A stretch of DNA of 64,000 nt from Candidatus Hydrogenedentota bacterium (GCA_963674865.2 CAXXYE010000009.1:1152001-1216000); one strand, 5' to 3'. Shown: positions 26,637 to 37,610, numbered from the stretch's first letter. A program made the numbers and translations. The notes: generated by a model not told the origin, from the sequence alone.

Positions 26637-29435
26637 CTATTCAGGATAATCCAGCGTTACCAGGCCGAAATAACCCATAGGTGCGTAGACGTGCTCCGTG
26701 CCGAATCGCATCTTCGAGGGGCTTCCCATGACGGGAATGACCTCTGACAGCTCGGGAGTCTCAGTGAAATCGTAGGAGGCGAGCGCGCCGCCGCCGACAA
26801 TCACGTACGCGTAGCCGCCTTGGGCGTCCACGAGGGAGCCCCATTCATTGGAGACGAGGACGGGGCCGCGAATGTCGATAGCCCCGCTGGGGGTGATTCG
26901 CGCGGCGGCCAGATGATAGCCGTCGTCGTAGACATCAAGATAGACGTACCCGTCGCGCCCGAGTATCTGCCCCGCCCCGGTGGGAAGTACCACCGCTTCG
27001 ATGGGTTCAACCGGCCCGGAGCCGTTCCAAGCGACCGTCCTGAGCGAAGTCGTTACCTCATCCCGCCGCCATTGGTAGTCCCGAACGGTGAGGACGTCGG
27101 TATCGGCATCGTAATCGATAAAGGCGCCCGGGACGTTGGCGGCAGGCCCGACGGAAATGGAGCCGTTTACGTCCAGTTCCCGCAAGAAATAGGCACAAAG
27201 CGGGCGGAAAGTGTCCCATCCGGCGCTTTCTTGTGTGCCGAGGTAGAGCTTCCCCCCTGCCTGGTCGACGCTGACGAGATCGTTGTAAGCGAGGCCGAGG
27301 AGCGACGACAGGGACTCGGCCTCCAGGTCGACGAGCGCGAGGCCCTGGTAGGCGGCATCGCCGCCTACGGTGGCGTCGAACTTGTCAGTTGAGCACCGTA
27401 AGGCAAGGGTTTGCCCGAGAAGGAAAGACGTCTTATCTGCTCTCGAAGGATACCACCAGCCTGACAGGGAGAGGCTGTCAATGACGCCGCCCAGCATCAG
27501 GCCGTCGTAATAGTACAAGGGATAGACTCCGGAGAAGGGGGTGACGTCGACTTCAAGCGTCTTGGTTACAAAGGGTTGTGCAGGGGAAGAGCACTCGACA
27601 AAGGCCACGACATAGCAGGACTGATCTGTCCAGTCGACGGGCGACCAGCGCCAAACGGCCCCAACGAGGACGACGGTGTCGCCGTAGGTGTAGGCGTCGA
27701 CGAACTCACCCAGTTCGATCCTCACGGCGCCAAGGGCCTTCCCGCCTACCGCGCCGGTGCGCACCTCGGTAATGCCGGTGTCGTAATGCGTGATGATGGT
27801 TGCCTCGAGGGATGGTGAGATCTCGAGGAGGTCGGCCACGTTCTCTGCGAGCGGCAGCCGGTGGGTTACGCTTGGCTCGGCGAGGTCTGCGGCGTCGATG
27901 GTAACGAGTTGCTCTGTCGTTACCGCGAAGTGCGAGCCATCGTACTCGATAGACCTCCGGACGGTGCCGTCCACGTCCACGTAGCCGCCGAGATCGAGCT
28001 GTTCGGATGAGTATCCGATGAACTGAAGGCGATCGTAACCGCCGAAGTCGTCCGTCCAGCCGGAGAAGGGGACGATGAGTAGGTCATCCTGTACCGTGAA
28101 TGCCTTGACGTCGCTGTAGGCGCTTGACCATGTCCATTGATCGCCGAAGCTGACGCGGTCGACGAGGGTGGGCGCGGCCGGATCGGCCACGTCAAAGAGG
28201 CTGACGCAAACGCGCCTCTGGCTGTCGGAGTCGTCCACGCCCAGCGCAATCAAGAGGTCGCCCTGAGGTTCGATATGTGTGGACCACCCGGGCACCTCCA
28301 GCATCCCCGCGACATTGGGATTGGTTGGGTCGGAGAGGTCAATGACGAAAAGGGGATCTACGACGTAGAAGGTGACGATATAGGCCCTATCCCCATCAAA
28401 GCGCGTCGCATAGAGAGTCTCATCGACGGCGTCTTCGAGGGTGGTTTCTCCCAGGATGGACAGGTTATCCGGGTCGGCGAGGTCGATAGTGGTGATGTAG
28501 ACGCAGCGCGCGTCTTCCCAAGCACTTGACACGACGCGGAGTACGCCATCGTAGGCATCCATCTTGTACTGATCGGCGACGTAGCCCTTCACGTCTATTT
28601 CACCCCGGACACTCATGGCGCCGTCCGGGTCGCTGATATCGACGTACGTGATGTTCGTCGTGGTCGAGCTTTGCCATTGCCAGCTCGTTGAGGCGACATA
28701 AATGGCCGATGATGTGGCCTGGATCACGTTGCCTTCGCCCGGGAATGACAACTGGTCGGCGCGGTAGATGTCCTCGGGATCGGCCACGTTGATGCTGGTT
28801 ATCCAGGACTCGCTCGTCTTCTCTTTGACGAGCTTGGTGGCGGTCTTGTCTCCCTCGGCTACGGCAACGCCATCGAGCAGGTACCAGCTGTATTCCGCGC
28901 AGACGGCGTAGATGACATCGCCGACCAGACGGCTGTCGACAAGGTCTCCGTAGAGTGGGAAGGAGCCAATAATGTGGGCTTGGTCGGGCTGGGATATGTC
29001 GACCACGTGGAGCCTGGCCCGGACGGTGAACGCGATGACGCCGTCTTCTACGGTGTAGTCTCTGGCGTATCCCACAAGGACATAGGCGCGGTCGCCGGCG
29101 AGATAGATGTCGCGGGGATAGCCGTAGGCCGGAACTTGGGCGCGAATGGCCTGCGTGTCGAGGTCCGCGATCACCAGTCCGCGGTACTGATTCAGGATAT
29201 AGAGGAGGTTGCCGTCGCGTCGAATGACATCGGGTTCGACGACCTCGCGTTCGACTTCCGACTCTCCCGAACCGTCTTCGGTCGTTCCATCTACAGCGGT
29301 GTTAAGCGCGCCGAGGACATCCAGTAGGCCACCGGTATCGAAGTCGGCGCTGGTGAACTTGAAGCCGGCGGGATTGGGGCAGCCGAGGGCAAATGTGATG
29401 AGGATGAGGAGGACTACTCCGGTCTTGGGACGCAT
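26637..29435 (-). CDS. Lipoprotein with beta-propeller domain (Beta_propel/COG4880-like)
   Basis: Lipobox ALGC; VVEPDVIRRDG, ETLYATRFDGDRAYIVTF..VDPLFVIDLSDP and LEVPGWSTHI. Confidence 0.85.
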   Translation of the reverse strand: MRPKTGVVLLILITFALGCPNPAGFKFTSADFDTGGLLDVLGALNTAVDGTTEDGSGESEVEREVVEPDVIRRDGNLLYILNQYRGLVIADLDTQAIRAQVPAYGYPRDIYLAGDRAYVLVGYARDYTVEDGVIAFTVRARLHVVDISQPDQAHIIGSFPLYGDLVDSRLVGDVIYAVCAEYSWYLLDGVAVAEGDKTATKLVKEKTSESWITSINVADPEDIYRADQLSFPGEGNVIQATSSAIYVASTSWQWQSSTTTNITYVDISDPDGAMSVRGEIDVKGYVADQYKMDAYDGVLRVVSSAWEDARCVYITTIDLADPDNLSILGETTLEDAVDETLYATRFDGDRAYIVTFYVVDPLFVIDLSDPTNPNVAGMLEVPGWSTHIEPQGDLLIALGVDDSDSQRRVCVSLFDVADPAAPTLVDRVSFGDQWTWSSAYSDVKAFTVQDDLLIVPFSGWTDDFGGYDRLQFIGYSSEQLDLGGYVDVDGTVRRSIEYDGSHFAVTTEQLVTIDAADLAEPSVTHRLPLAENVADLLEISPSLEATIITHYDTGITEVRTGAVGGKALGAVRIELGEFVDAYTYGDTVVLVGAVWRWSPVDWTDQSCYVVAFVECSSPAQPFVTKTLEVDVTPFSGVYPLYYYDGLMLGGVIDSLSLSGWWYPSRADKTSFLLGQTLALRCSTDKFDATVGGDAAYQGLALVDLEAESLSSLLGLAYNDLVSVDQAGGKLYLGTQESAGWDTFRPLCAYFLRELDVNGSISVGPAANVPGAFIDYDADTDVLTVRDYQWRRDEVTTSLRTVAWNGSGPVEPIEAVVLPTGAGQILGRDGYVYLDVYDDGYHLAAARITPSGAIDIRGPVLVSNEWGSLVDAQGGYAYVIVGGGALASYDFTETPELSEVIPVMGSPSKMRFGTEHVYAPMGYFGLVTLDYPE

Positions 29436-29557
29436 CGGTCGGTCTCTCCTATGTTAACGGGAGGGCGATGGCCTTCCTGTGGATTACCCCGGAGGCGGCG
29501 CGGGATGTACGCCCCTCCTTAGACTACTACCTCGCGCGCGCACGGATATTACAAGCC

Positions 29558-30403
29558 CTACGGCCTCCCCGGAACCTGTTCGGGCCGCGCGCCCAACCTG
29601 CCGGAATCGCGCTGCAGATCCCGGATGAAGCCCGCATCAATCGGTACATTTCTGGCCTGGCATTGCCGCACCGCTTCCCAGGCCTTATCGTATTCCCGCT
29701 GCTTCCAGTATAGCACGGGGAGCCCCTTTCTGACGGAGGCGTGTTCGGGCTCATCCACCAGCGCGGTTAGCCATGCTGCCAATGCCTTGTCCCATTGCTC
29801 GAGGCGAAAGTAGCAAAGCCCCAGGTTGTAGTAATCGTCGGTAAGGCCGGGATCGAGCTGAATGAGAGCCTCGAAGACGGCTGCGGCCTCCTCGTAGCGG
29901 CCTTGTGCGAAGAGGAATTTGGCAAGTTGGGCGCGTACTTGCACGTCGTCCGGCGAGGCAGCGGCCAGGATCTGAAGGGCGCTGATGGCGCGGGACATGT
30001 CACCGGCCAGTTCCGCCGCCACTACGAGGTTCTGAAGGGTAGTAAGGTCTTGGGGGGCAATGGCCAAGGCGGCCTCGTAGGCCGCGATAGCCTGTTCCGG
30101 GCGCCCCAGGCGCCGCCAGCAGAGGCCCAGATTGCAGTAGGCGGCGGCACGCTGCGGGTCAATGCGCACAACGGCGGTATACTCGGCACGCGCGCCGCCA
30201 TATTCGCCGAGATCGAACAACGCGTTGGCCAAAGCGTAGCGGATGTCGGGATTGTCGGGGTGTTTCTCAGCCATGTCGCGAAGCTGTTCGCATCGTTCGG
30301 CGGGTGTGCCCGCCACGGCGGGGACTCCGCCGTGCGGCGGGGTGGCGCAGCCTGCTACAAGACAGAGAAGGACAGGCAGTATGTTTCTGGCGGTGAACCG
30401 CAT
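29558..30403 (-). CDS. TPR lipoprotein
   Basis: Lipobox VAGC; multiple TPRs (AYCNLGLC, YYNLGLCY). Confidence 0.85.
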   Translation of the reverse strand: MRFTARNILPVLLCLVAGCATPPHGGVPAVAGTPAERCEQLRDMAEKHPDNPDIRYALANALFDLGEYGGARAEYTAVVRIDPQRAAAYCNLGLCWRRLGRPEQAIAAYEAALAIAPQDLTTLQNLVVAAELAGDMSRAISALQILAAASPDDVQVRAQLAKFLFAQGRYEEAAAVFEALIQLDPGLTDDYYNLGLCYFRLEQWDKALAAWLTALVDEPEHASVRKGLPVLYWKQREYDKAWEAVRQCQARNVPIDAGFIRDLQRDSGRLGARPEQVPGRP

Positions 30404-30716
30404 CGGATCCGGCTCTCGGCCTCCCGTGTTTCGGACGGAACCTCTTGGCCGCCCCGCCCTAGAGCGTCATGGTAGGCGAGGCCCGGGCTTCATGGCAACT
30501 CTTCCGCTGGGTACTGGCTCAACGCTCTGACGGAATGGCCGTTGGCCAAGGCGAATCGGGGAGGTTCCAAGATGTGTGGCCGCCAGAAGGCATTTGAGCA
30601 GCTCACTATCGGGAGCGACCCCGGCAGGGACCGCCCTTCTCCCCTTCCCCCCTTGGTGTAGCGAGTATGCGATACGAGAAGCGCTACGCGGCAGCCCGCA
30701 CGACGCGCTTCACAGC

Positions 30717-30920
30717 CTATGGCCGGGTTACATTCGCTGCTTGAGGTCCCTTCTGGCCATCAAGCAGGTCATAGACGACTTCTTCTCCTTCACGCAGCGT
30801 ACGGAAGCCCTCCATTTGGATGGCCGTATGGTGCACGAAGACGTCCGGACTGTCGTCGCGTGCGATAAACCCATATCCCTTCTGGTCGTTGAACCACTTG
30901 ACCTTGCCGTGGCAGCGCAT
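30717..30920 (-). CDS. Cold-shock domain protein
   Basis: [24 protein letters not shown] and GPQAANV; ATG 30920. Confidence 0.95.
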   Translation of the reverse strand: MRCHGKVKWFNDQKGYGFIARDDSPDVFVHHTAIQMEGFRTLREGEEVVYDLLDGQKGPQAANVTRP

Positions 30921-31045
30921 AGCGCTATCTTCACCCGAAGTCACGATACTACCTCCCACGTTACTCACCATGCATGGCGCGATCCGGAACCTGCCTTACC
31001 GCGCTGACTGAGGGAGCCCTGCCTTCCTCATCTTTCATACTACAT

Positions 31046-31075
31046 AGGATACTCCTTAAAGGCTATATATGTCAA
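31046..31075 (-). promoter_or_regulatory. Sigma70-type promoter of the csp gene
   Basis: TTGACA (31075-31070)-18 nt-TATCCT (31051-31046) in an AT-rich patch. Confidence 0.55.
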
Positions 31076-31283
31076 TAGAGAGTATTTTGAAAAAACCTGG
31101 CCCGCGCTCGGATGCCTGCTGCGCGTCGGCAGGCCGGCTCCGTTCCGGGTATATCTATTCCGCGATGATGAGGAAGTCGGTCGGGAGGGGAGGTGACGGG
31201 CCGGCGTGTCGCGGCACTCGTGAAGAGACAGATGGTTGGGGGAGCAATGGCAGAAAAACTGCAGGGTCTTGTGCCCGAGGCAC

Positions 31284-31982
31284 TTACGGCAGATGGGGCG
31301 AGGGATAACCTTCTATGCGGGCCTCTTCCTTTCGCCTTCGGCGGTCGCTCCTGCTGCCGGGGAACAGGGCCGAGATCTCTTCGGGGTAGAAGTCGCGTAG
31401 GCGCTGCCAGATGTACACCGTGAGCGCGCGGCGCAGGCTCTTGGATACGTCCACGAATCGCACGCCGACCTGCTGTGCCCCAGACGCCGTCACGTTAAGC
31501 GGCTGAAATCGAATGACCCGCGCCGTGATGTTGTGCAATGGCCCGTTTCCCAAGGGAAGTCTGAGATCGACCCGTTCGTCCAGTTGGAGGGATACTGGCG
31601 ACTCGATGAGGGCGCCGTCCGCGGAGACGTTGTGAACCTGGACGGCACAGGCCGGCCGGCCGTTCTGAGAGGCCATTTCCACCATCGTGTTCATAGGGAC
31701 GCGCCAAGCGCTTCGATGACGGTGGGGAAAGGCGCTAGACACGCGTTGGAGAATCATGCCGTCGCCGTTTCTACGCGGCGCGACCACGACCTGGGTATGG
31801 TATGAAACCATGCCGCCGTTATCACGGAACCGAAGTTCGGCCCCTGTGCCTTCGACGGGATAGCGAGCCCCCGAGAAGGTTACTCCAATGGTGTCTTCAG
31901 CGACGGCCAACACCTTGACGGAGAATCTCTCCCCCATAACCTGAAGGTGAGCGCAGTTCCCCTTCTCAAGGTAGGCTGTCAT
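31284..31982 (-). CDS. PilZ-domain (c-di-GMP receptor, YcgR-like) protein
   Basis: RSAWR (RxxxR) and NVSADG ([DN]xSxxG) motifs, GVRF; ATG 31982. Confidence 0.8.
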   Translation of the reverse strand: MTAYLEKGNCAHLQVMGERFSVKVLAVAEDTIGVTFSGARYPVEGTGAELRFRDNGGMVSYHTQVVVAPRRNGDGMILQRVSSAFPHRHRSAWRVPMNTMVEMASQNGRPACAVQVHNVSADGALIESPVSLQLDERVDLRLPLGNGPLHNITARVIRFQPLNVTASGAQQVGVRFVDVSKSLRRALTVYIWQRLRDFYPEEISALFPGSRSDRRRRKEEARIEGYPSPHLP

Positions 31983-32417
31983 GCCCCTTCTTTCTGGGTG
32001 CGCCCGCCAAGTGACGCGCCCGAAAAGGCCCTGGCCGGCGAGCAATCGCGACCACACTTTTCACGCTCTTGTCAGGTGATTGTACAGGAAAACGGGCAAA
32101 TACGCAATCAGAACTACTCAGAATTGCTCAGGCACGGCCTGTGAGTCCAGGGCGTATGCAGGAATTCCGAGGGGATGTTTATGAGTGCCGGGCCGCCTGA
32201 GGATGCATCCGGGCGGCATTGTGTAACAGCTTTGTTTCCCAGGCTGGCTCCCCGATGGGTCGAGTTCTCTTGCTGCGCCAAGGCGCTCCTTCTTTGCGTG
32301 TTAGGGCGGGGCATGACGAGCGATGTAACCACCGAAGTAGGAGTTTCCGTTGCGGTGCTTTGGCCGCGTGATATAACATGCGTGGGTGCCCGCTGAGACA
32401 TAAGTGGAGAATTCGGG

Positions 32418-33677
32418 ATGATGTTTGACGCTCGAAAGGACACCGCTTGGCTCTCGGATCTCTCGCCTACGGAGCTGCGGCGCATCGTGGATGGCCTATA
32501 CCGGGTGCATCACCTGATCGCCGCCATTACCGACCTCAACGAACTGCTCGAACGCATCGTCGACGAGAGCAAACGGATCGCGTGCGCCGAGGGCAGTTCG
32601 TTGATGCTGTACGATCCGGACGCGGAAGAGCTGTTTTTCCACGTTACTTTGGGAGAGTCGGGGGATCTGCAGGCCCTGAAGTGCCAGGTACGGCTCAAGC
32701 TTGGCCAGGGAATTGCGGGAACCGCCGCAGCTAATCGCGAGATCATCAACGTCGATGACCCCGACAGGGATCCGCGCTTTTTCAAGGACGCCGACTCCAT
32801 CACGCATTTTGAGACGCGGTCATTGCTCGCCGTCCCGCTTGTAGATCGTGAGAACCTGGTCGGCGTTCTCGAACTGGTGAACAAGGTCGGTGGCGCGGGC
32901 TTCTCAGAGACTGATGTCCGCCTCATGGAGATGTTCTCGTCTCTGGCGGCGACGGCGATCGCCAATGCGAACCTGATCGCCGAAAACGTGCGCGCGGAAC
33001 GCCTCGCCGCCATTGGCCAGGCGGTGGCCAGTCTGTCCCACTACACCAAGAACCTCTTGACCACGGTGACGGGCAGTGCACAGTTGGTTGAGGAAGGGTT
33101 GGAAACCAACAATCTGAGCCTTCTTCGCGGCGGATGGCCCATCCTGCGTCGATGCACTGAGCGGATGTCCTATTTTGTTGGGGACATGCTCGCGTTCTCA
33201 AAGCCGCGGGTGCCCAACCTGACGCCGTGCTCTATCGACAACGTGCTCACGGATGCCGAGGCCACCTTCCGCTCCATGATGGCCCAGAAGGATGTCTCTA
33301 TCGAGGTGGATTCCAGCCTTGTCAACGGCCCCGTACAGGTGGACCCGGACGCGCTTTTCCGCGGTTTGCTCAACATCTTACTCAACGCGGGCGAAGCCGT
33401 TGCCGCGGAGACGGGAGCTATTCGCGTGGTGGCTGAAACACTTGAAGACGGCGCCTTGCGGATCGACGTCTCGGACAATGGCCCAGGTATTCCAGAAGGG
33501 CTGGAGGAGAAGGTCTTTGCTCCTTTCTTCTCGACGAAGGGCTCCAAGGGCACCGGGCTCGGCCTGGCGGTGGCCGCCAAGATCGTCGCGGAACATGGGG
33601 GCCGAATCACCGCCTCCAAGGCTTCCGAGGGCGGGGCGCTGTTCCGTATTACGCTGCCTCAGGGAGGCGCCGCCTGA
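32418..33677 (+). CDS. Cytoplasmic GAF-domain sensor histidine kinase
   Basis: GAF (GQGIAG, TRSLLAVPL); H-box SHYTKN; NILLNA, DNGPGI, FFSTK and GTGLGL boxes. Confidence 0.92.
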   Translation: MMFDARKDTAWLSDLSPTELRRIVDGLYRVHHLIAAITDLNELLERIVDESKRIACAEGSSLMLYDPDAEELFFHVTLGESGDLQALKCQVRLKLGQGIAGTAAANREIINVDDPDRDPRFFKDADSITHFETRSLLAVPLVDRENLVGVLELVNKVGGAGFSETDVRLMEMFSSLAATAIANANLIAENVRAERLAAIGQAVASLSHYTKNLLTTVTGSAQLVEEGLETNNLSLLRGGWPILRRCTERMSYFVGDMLAFSKPRVPNLTPCSIDNVLTDAEATFRSMMAQKDVSIEVDSSLVNGPVQVDPDALFRGLLNILLNAGEAVAAETGAIRVVAETLEDGALRIDVSDNGPGIPEGLEEKVFAPFFSTKGSKGTGLGLAVAAKIVAEHGGRITASKASEGGALFRITLPQGGAA

Positions 33678-33721
33678 GGAAGCGTGCCGGCGATAATGAG
33701 TCCAACAGAGAGGCAGACACG

Positions 33722-34681
33722 ATGATCGATTACCATGGAGTGGCCATCGAAGACGTGTGCGCTTGGCCGAATCTCACGATACTGGGCGATGGGGAGATTC
33801 TGGCCACGCTGTTCAACAAGCCCGCCCACGGCAGCGTGCCGGGCGACACGGACTGCTGGATTAGTGCCGATGGCGGTAGAATGTGGTCGAAGCGCAGTAC
33901 GGCGGTTGTGAGGCCGAACCAGCAGTCGGCCCGAATGAACTGGGCGGCGGGGCTCGCGGCGCACGGCGACTTCGTTGTGATCTGCGGAGGCTGGCACAGC
34001 CCGGGCGGCGATTCAAACCTTATGGCGCCCGTCATCCGCATTTCCCATGACGGAGGCCGTACATGGGACGATGAGATTCCTTTCCCGCCCGTTCCCAACG
34101 GCAATACCTGCGTGCCCTTCGGGGATATTCTCGCGGGGCAGGATGGCGCTCTGCGCGTCGCGTGCTATACGGCGGAGCCGAACGTCGCCTATATGTTACG
34201 CAGCGTGGACGGCGCGAAGACCTGGGGGCAACCCGTGACGATAGGGGAGGAGATCAACGAAGTCGCCCCAATCCACCTCGGCCAAGGCCGGTGGCTTGCT
34301 GCCGCGCGAACGGTTGAGGGCCAACACCTGCGCCTGTTTCGTTCGGAGGATGACGGTCAGTCGTGGCGCTGCGAAGGACGCGTCACGGAGGATTTCCAAC
34401 ACCCGGCCCACCTCCTGAGATTGGGCGACGGCCGCCTCTTGTTCACATACGGCGACCGGCGTCGGGGGCACATCGGTGTGGAGGCCAGACTGAGTTCCGA
34501 CGACGGGAGAACTTGGGGCGAGCCCCTTCGGTTGGCTGACTTCGTCGGGACGGATGTGGGTTATCCAAGCTGTGTGCAACGGGCCGATGGCAAGGTGGTC
34601 ACAGCCTACTATGCTGGCAAATCGCATCTTCTCGACCGCTACCACATGGCGGTTGTTATCTGGGCCCCGCCTGCGTCGTAG
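33722..34681 (+). CDS. BNR/Asp-box repeat sialidase-like protein
   Basis: Five S-x-D-x-G-x-[TMS]-W-like Asp boxes; DVGYPS near the C-terminus. Confidence 0.8.
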   Translation: MIDYHGVAIEDVCAWPNLTILGDGEILATLFNKPAHGSVPGDTDCWISADGGRMWSKRSTAVVRPNQQSARMNWAAGLAAHGDFVVICGGWHSPGGDSNLMAPVIRISHDGGRTWDDEIPFPPVPNGNTCVPFGDILAGQDGALRVACYTAEPNVAYMLRSVDGAKTWGQPVTIGEEINEVAPIHLGQGRWLAAARTVEGQHLRLFRSEDDGQSWRCEGRVTEDFQHPAHLLRLGDGRLLFTYGDRRRGHIGVEARLSSDDGRTWGEPLRLADFVGTDVGYPSCVQRADGKVVTAYYAGKSHLLDRYHMAVVIWAPPAS

Positions 34682-34733
34682 AGGTCACTGCAATACGCGT
34701 GCAGTCATGCCATGCGCCTGTGAGGAAGGCGGG

Positions 34734-36149
34734 CTACATGTACTGGGCGACGACCGCGAGGCCGGTGGCCACACTTGTGAACGTGTCGCGCTGGAGAAGG
34801 CAGTCCTGCCCGTAGCGCTCCGTCAGCATGGCGCGAACAGCGGGGACTAGGCTCGTGCCGCCCGTCGTGAGCACGCAATCAATATCCTCGGGGCGCACTT
34901 GGGCGGCCTCCTCCGCCTCGACGATGCTTTGCAGCATTCTCTCCAGCACGTGCTCGATGATGTGGGCGAATTCGCCGCGTTCCAGCCGCTCACGGACACA
35001 GATGTCCTCTGCGTCGAAAGCGATGGTGGCTTCGGACTCGAAGGAGAGTTCTTTCTTGGCGGCCTCAACGCGCCGGGTGAGCGGGTAGCCGTAGTTGCGC
35101 TGGATAAGCGAGCGCAAGGCCCGGATGGCGGCGGGATCATCGCAACTTACCTCGCTGGCGATGAGCCAGTTGATGATCTCCTCCGTGTTGAGCTTATATA
35201 GGTTTTGCCAATCAGCGATCTTACTCAGGATGTTCTGCGGCATGGGAAGCTTGGCCGGGCCATAGCGTACCTCACTGCCGAAGCACGGGAACACCCTGGC
35301 GCGGATGATCTCGCGATCGATCACGTCCCCGGCCACCGGGACCCCCGCGACGCCCAGAATACGGCTCTCGGATAGACGGGCGGATGCCTCGCGGGCGCCT
35401 CCGAATTCCATTACGCACACATCGCAGGTGCCGCCGCCGATATCAACGACCATCATCCGCTGCTTCCGTTCGGTGCCAATGGCGTATTCGACGCAGGCGG
35501 CCACGGGCTCGTAGAAGAACATGACCTCTTTGAAACCAGCCAGATTGGCGGCCACGCGGAGGCGTCGTTCGGCTACGGCGTCCTCTTCGGGGTCATCCGA
35601 AAAACGCACCGGGCGGCCGAAGACGGCGGTTTCCACGCTGCCGTCCGCTGCCTCATCTACCGCGGCCTTCATGCGTGCCAGTACCATGGCGGTAAGCTCT
35701 TCAATCTGGTAGAGCTGTCCGAAGACCTCAGTGCCGCGAAACATGCGATAGCGCAGGGAACTCTTGAGCGATTGGAACAAGCGCCCGGGGGCATTGGCTT
35801 CGACAACGGCGCGTGCTCGAACGGCCTCCCGGGGGGCCTCGTCCTCGAAATCGGGGCGGCGGTAACTCTCGGACTTGTCTGGCTCCGAGGCGACATAGCC
35901 TTCGATGGTGATGTCCAACTCAACGTTCTCGAGGATGACCTCCCGGCCCACGTTTCGATCGATGAAAGCGTTTGCCGCCGCGCGGCCTACGAGTTGTTCG
36001 CCATCGCGAGACAGGTACAGCAGTGATGGCAAGGAAGTGGGGTTATCGTTATCGCTGTCGAGCGGCAAGACACGCGCGTGCTGTCCGTCGGATACCGCTA
36101 CGCTTGAGTTGGTCGTGCCGAAATCGAGTCCGCAAAACAGTCTGGCCAC
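34734..36149 (-). CDS. Hsp70-family protein, YegD-like (no substrate-binding domain)
   Basis: GLDFGTTNS, GRPVRF, EPVAA, DIGGGTCD and TGGTSLVP; 471 aa. Confidence 0.88.
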   Translation of the reverse strand: MARLFCGLDFGTTNSSVAVSDGQHARVLPLDSDNDNPTSLPSLLYLSRDGEQLVGRAAANAFIDRNVGREVILENVELDITIEGYVASEPDKSESYRRPDFEDEAPREAVRARAVVEANAPGRLFQSLKSSLRYRMFRGTEVFGQLYQIEELTAMVLARMKAAVDEAADGSVETAVFGRPVRFSDDPEEDAVAERRLRVAANLAGFKEVMFFYEPVAACVEYAIGTERKQRMMVVDIGGGTCDVCVMEFGGAREASARLSESRILGVAGVPVAGDVIDREIIRARVFPCFGSEVRYGPAKLPMPQNILSKIADWQNLYKLNTEEIINWLIASEVSCDDPAAIRALRSLIQRNYGYPLTRRVEAAKKELSFESEATIAFDAEDICVRERLERGEFAHIIEHVLERMLQSIVEAEEAAQVRPEDIDCVLTTGGTSLVPAVRAMLTERYGQDCLLQRDTFTSVATGLAVVAQYM

Positions 36150-36322
36150 AGTGCTATTCCAACTTGGTCCTTATTCGTCCAGATGTGAGTTAAACCCCTG
36201 CCGAGTAATGACTTAAGTAAGTCTCGGCGAGTCAGATCTGCGAAGTATATCACGGTGTGGCCCCCGTTGCAAATCGCTTGAAGGCGGCCCGCTTTCCAAG
36301 CTCAAACTGTGCGCACCTGCTC

Positions 36323-36352
36323 TTGACTGGCATGAAGTCGCTACGGTATGAT
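36323..36352 (+). promoter_or_regulatory. Putative sigma70 promoter for the ABC ATPase gene
   Basis: TTGACT-18 nt-TATGAT. Confidence 0.45.
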
Positions 36353-36426
36353 TGCAAATCTGCGGGGAGGGCTATGTTCACGCAAAGGCTCGCGTTATGC
36401 GGGCTATTCTGGGAGGCTGAAGTTCC

Positions 36427-37533
36427 ATGGCACGAGTCGAACTCAAGAATGTTAACAAGGTGTATCCGGGCGGGGTAGAGGCTGTGAAGGATGCGACCCT
36501 CACGGTCGAGGATAAGGAGTTCGTTGTCCTTGTCGGGCCTTCGGGATGCGGAAAGTCTACCACGCTGCGGATGATCGCCGGCCTTGAAGAGATCTCGCGA
36601 GGCGACATCTACATCGGAGACAACCTGGTCAATGACGTGCCCCCAAAAAACCGCGACATTGCCATGGTATTCCAGAACTACGCCTTGTATCCCCACATGA
36701 CTGTCTTCAAGAACATGGCGTTCGGCCTGATTCTTCGGAAGTACCCGAAGGAAGAGATCCAGACGCGGGTCCGCCAGGCCGCGCAGATCCTAGGTATTGA
36801 GCGCCTGCTCGACCGTAAGCCCAAGGCGTTGTCGGGCGGTGAGCGCCAGCGCGTCGCCGTCGGCCGCGCCATTGTCCGTCAACCCAAGGTATTCCTGTTC
36901 GACGAACCTCTGTCGAACCTGGACGCCAAGCTCCGCGTGCAGATGCGGGCGGAGATCAGCAAACTGCACACGCGGCTTCAGTCCACAATGATCTACGTCA
37001 CGCACGATCAGGTTGAAGCGATGACGATGGGGGACCGCATCGTCGTCATGCTCGATGGCGTCATCCAGCAGATTGCCCCACCGCTCAAGCTATACCGGAA
37101 TCCGGCCAACCGGTTTGTGGCGGGCTTCATCGGCAGTCCACCAATGAATTTCACCAATGGAAAGATTGTGGGCGAGAACGGGCAGATGTATTTCCGCGAC
37201 AACGGCAACGGGATGAGCCTTCTGGTGGACGAGAAACACCGGGATGCGCTCCAGCCGTACCTGGACAAAGAAGTTATTTTCGGTATTCGCCCGGAGAACA
37301 TGCTTGAGAATGAAACTCAGCAAGCCACGCCCGGCGTCAGCATTACGGCCAACGTCGAGGTGGTGGAACCCATGGGTTCGGAGCTCTACCTTTACTTGGC
37401 AGTGGGCGGCAAGACGTTTACGGCCCGGATCAATACGGATCGGGAACCCACGGTCAATCAGTCCCACGTGCTGGACATCGAGATGGATCACGCTCACTAC
37501 TTCGATTTGGATTCAGAAGTCTCGATTGTCTGA
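36427..37533 (+). CDS. Sugar ABC transporter ATP-binding protein (MalK/MsmX/UgpC family)
   Basis: GPSGCGKST, VFQNYALYPH, LSGGERQR, DEPLSNLDAKLR, VTHDQ and TOBE GIRPE. Confidence 0.95.
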   Translation: MARVELKNVNKVYPGGVEAVKDATLTVEDKEFVVLVGPSGCGKSTTLRMIAGLEEISRGDIYIGDNLVNDVPPKNRDIAMVFQNYALYPHMTVFKNMAFGLILRKYPKEEIQTRVRQAAQILGIERLLDRKPKALSGGERQRVAVGRAIVRQPKVFLFDEPLSNLDAKLRVQMRAEISKLHTRLQSTMIYVTHDQVEAMTMGDRIVVMLDGVIQQIAPPLKLYRNPANRFVAGFIGSPPMNFTNGKIVGENGQMYFRDNGNGMSLLVDEKHRDALQPYLDKEVIFGIRPENMLENETQQATPGVSITANVEVVEPMGSELYLYLAVGGKTFTARINTDREPTVNQSHVLDIEMDHAHYFDLDSEVSIV

Positions 37534-37559
37534 TCTCCTCCTTCATCAACGAACTGAGC

Positions 37560-37591
37560 AAAGGCGCGCTACCCTTTGGCGCGCCTTTTTT
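37560..37591 (+). terminator. Rho-independent terminator
   Basis: AAAGGCGCGC...GCGCGCCTTT stem followed by a T-tract. Confidence 0.8.
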
Positions 37592-37610
37592 GTCTAGGCG
37601 GGACGACAGC

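Noticed and set aside
31983..32417. Possible c-di-GMP riboswitch near the PilZ gene (GGCAAA present)
   Set aside because: The remaining conserved elements and pairing could not be identified.
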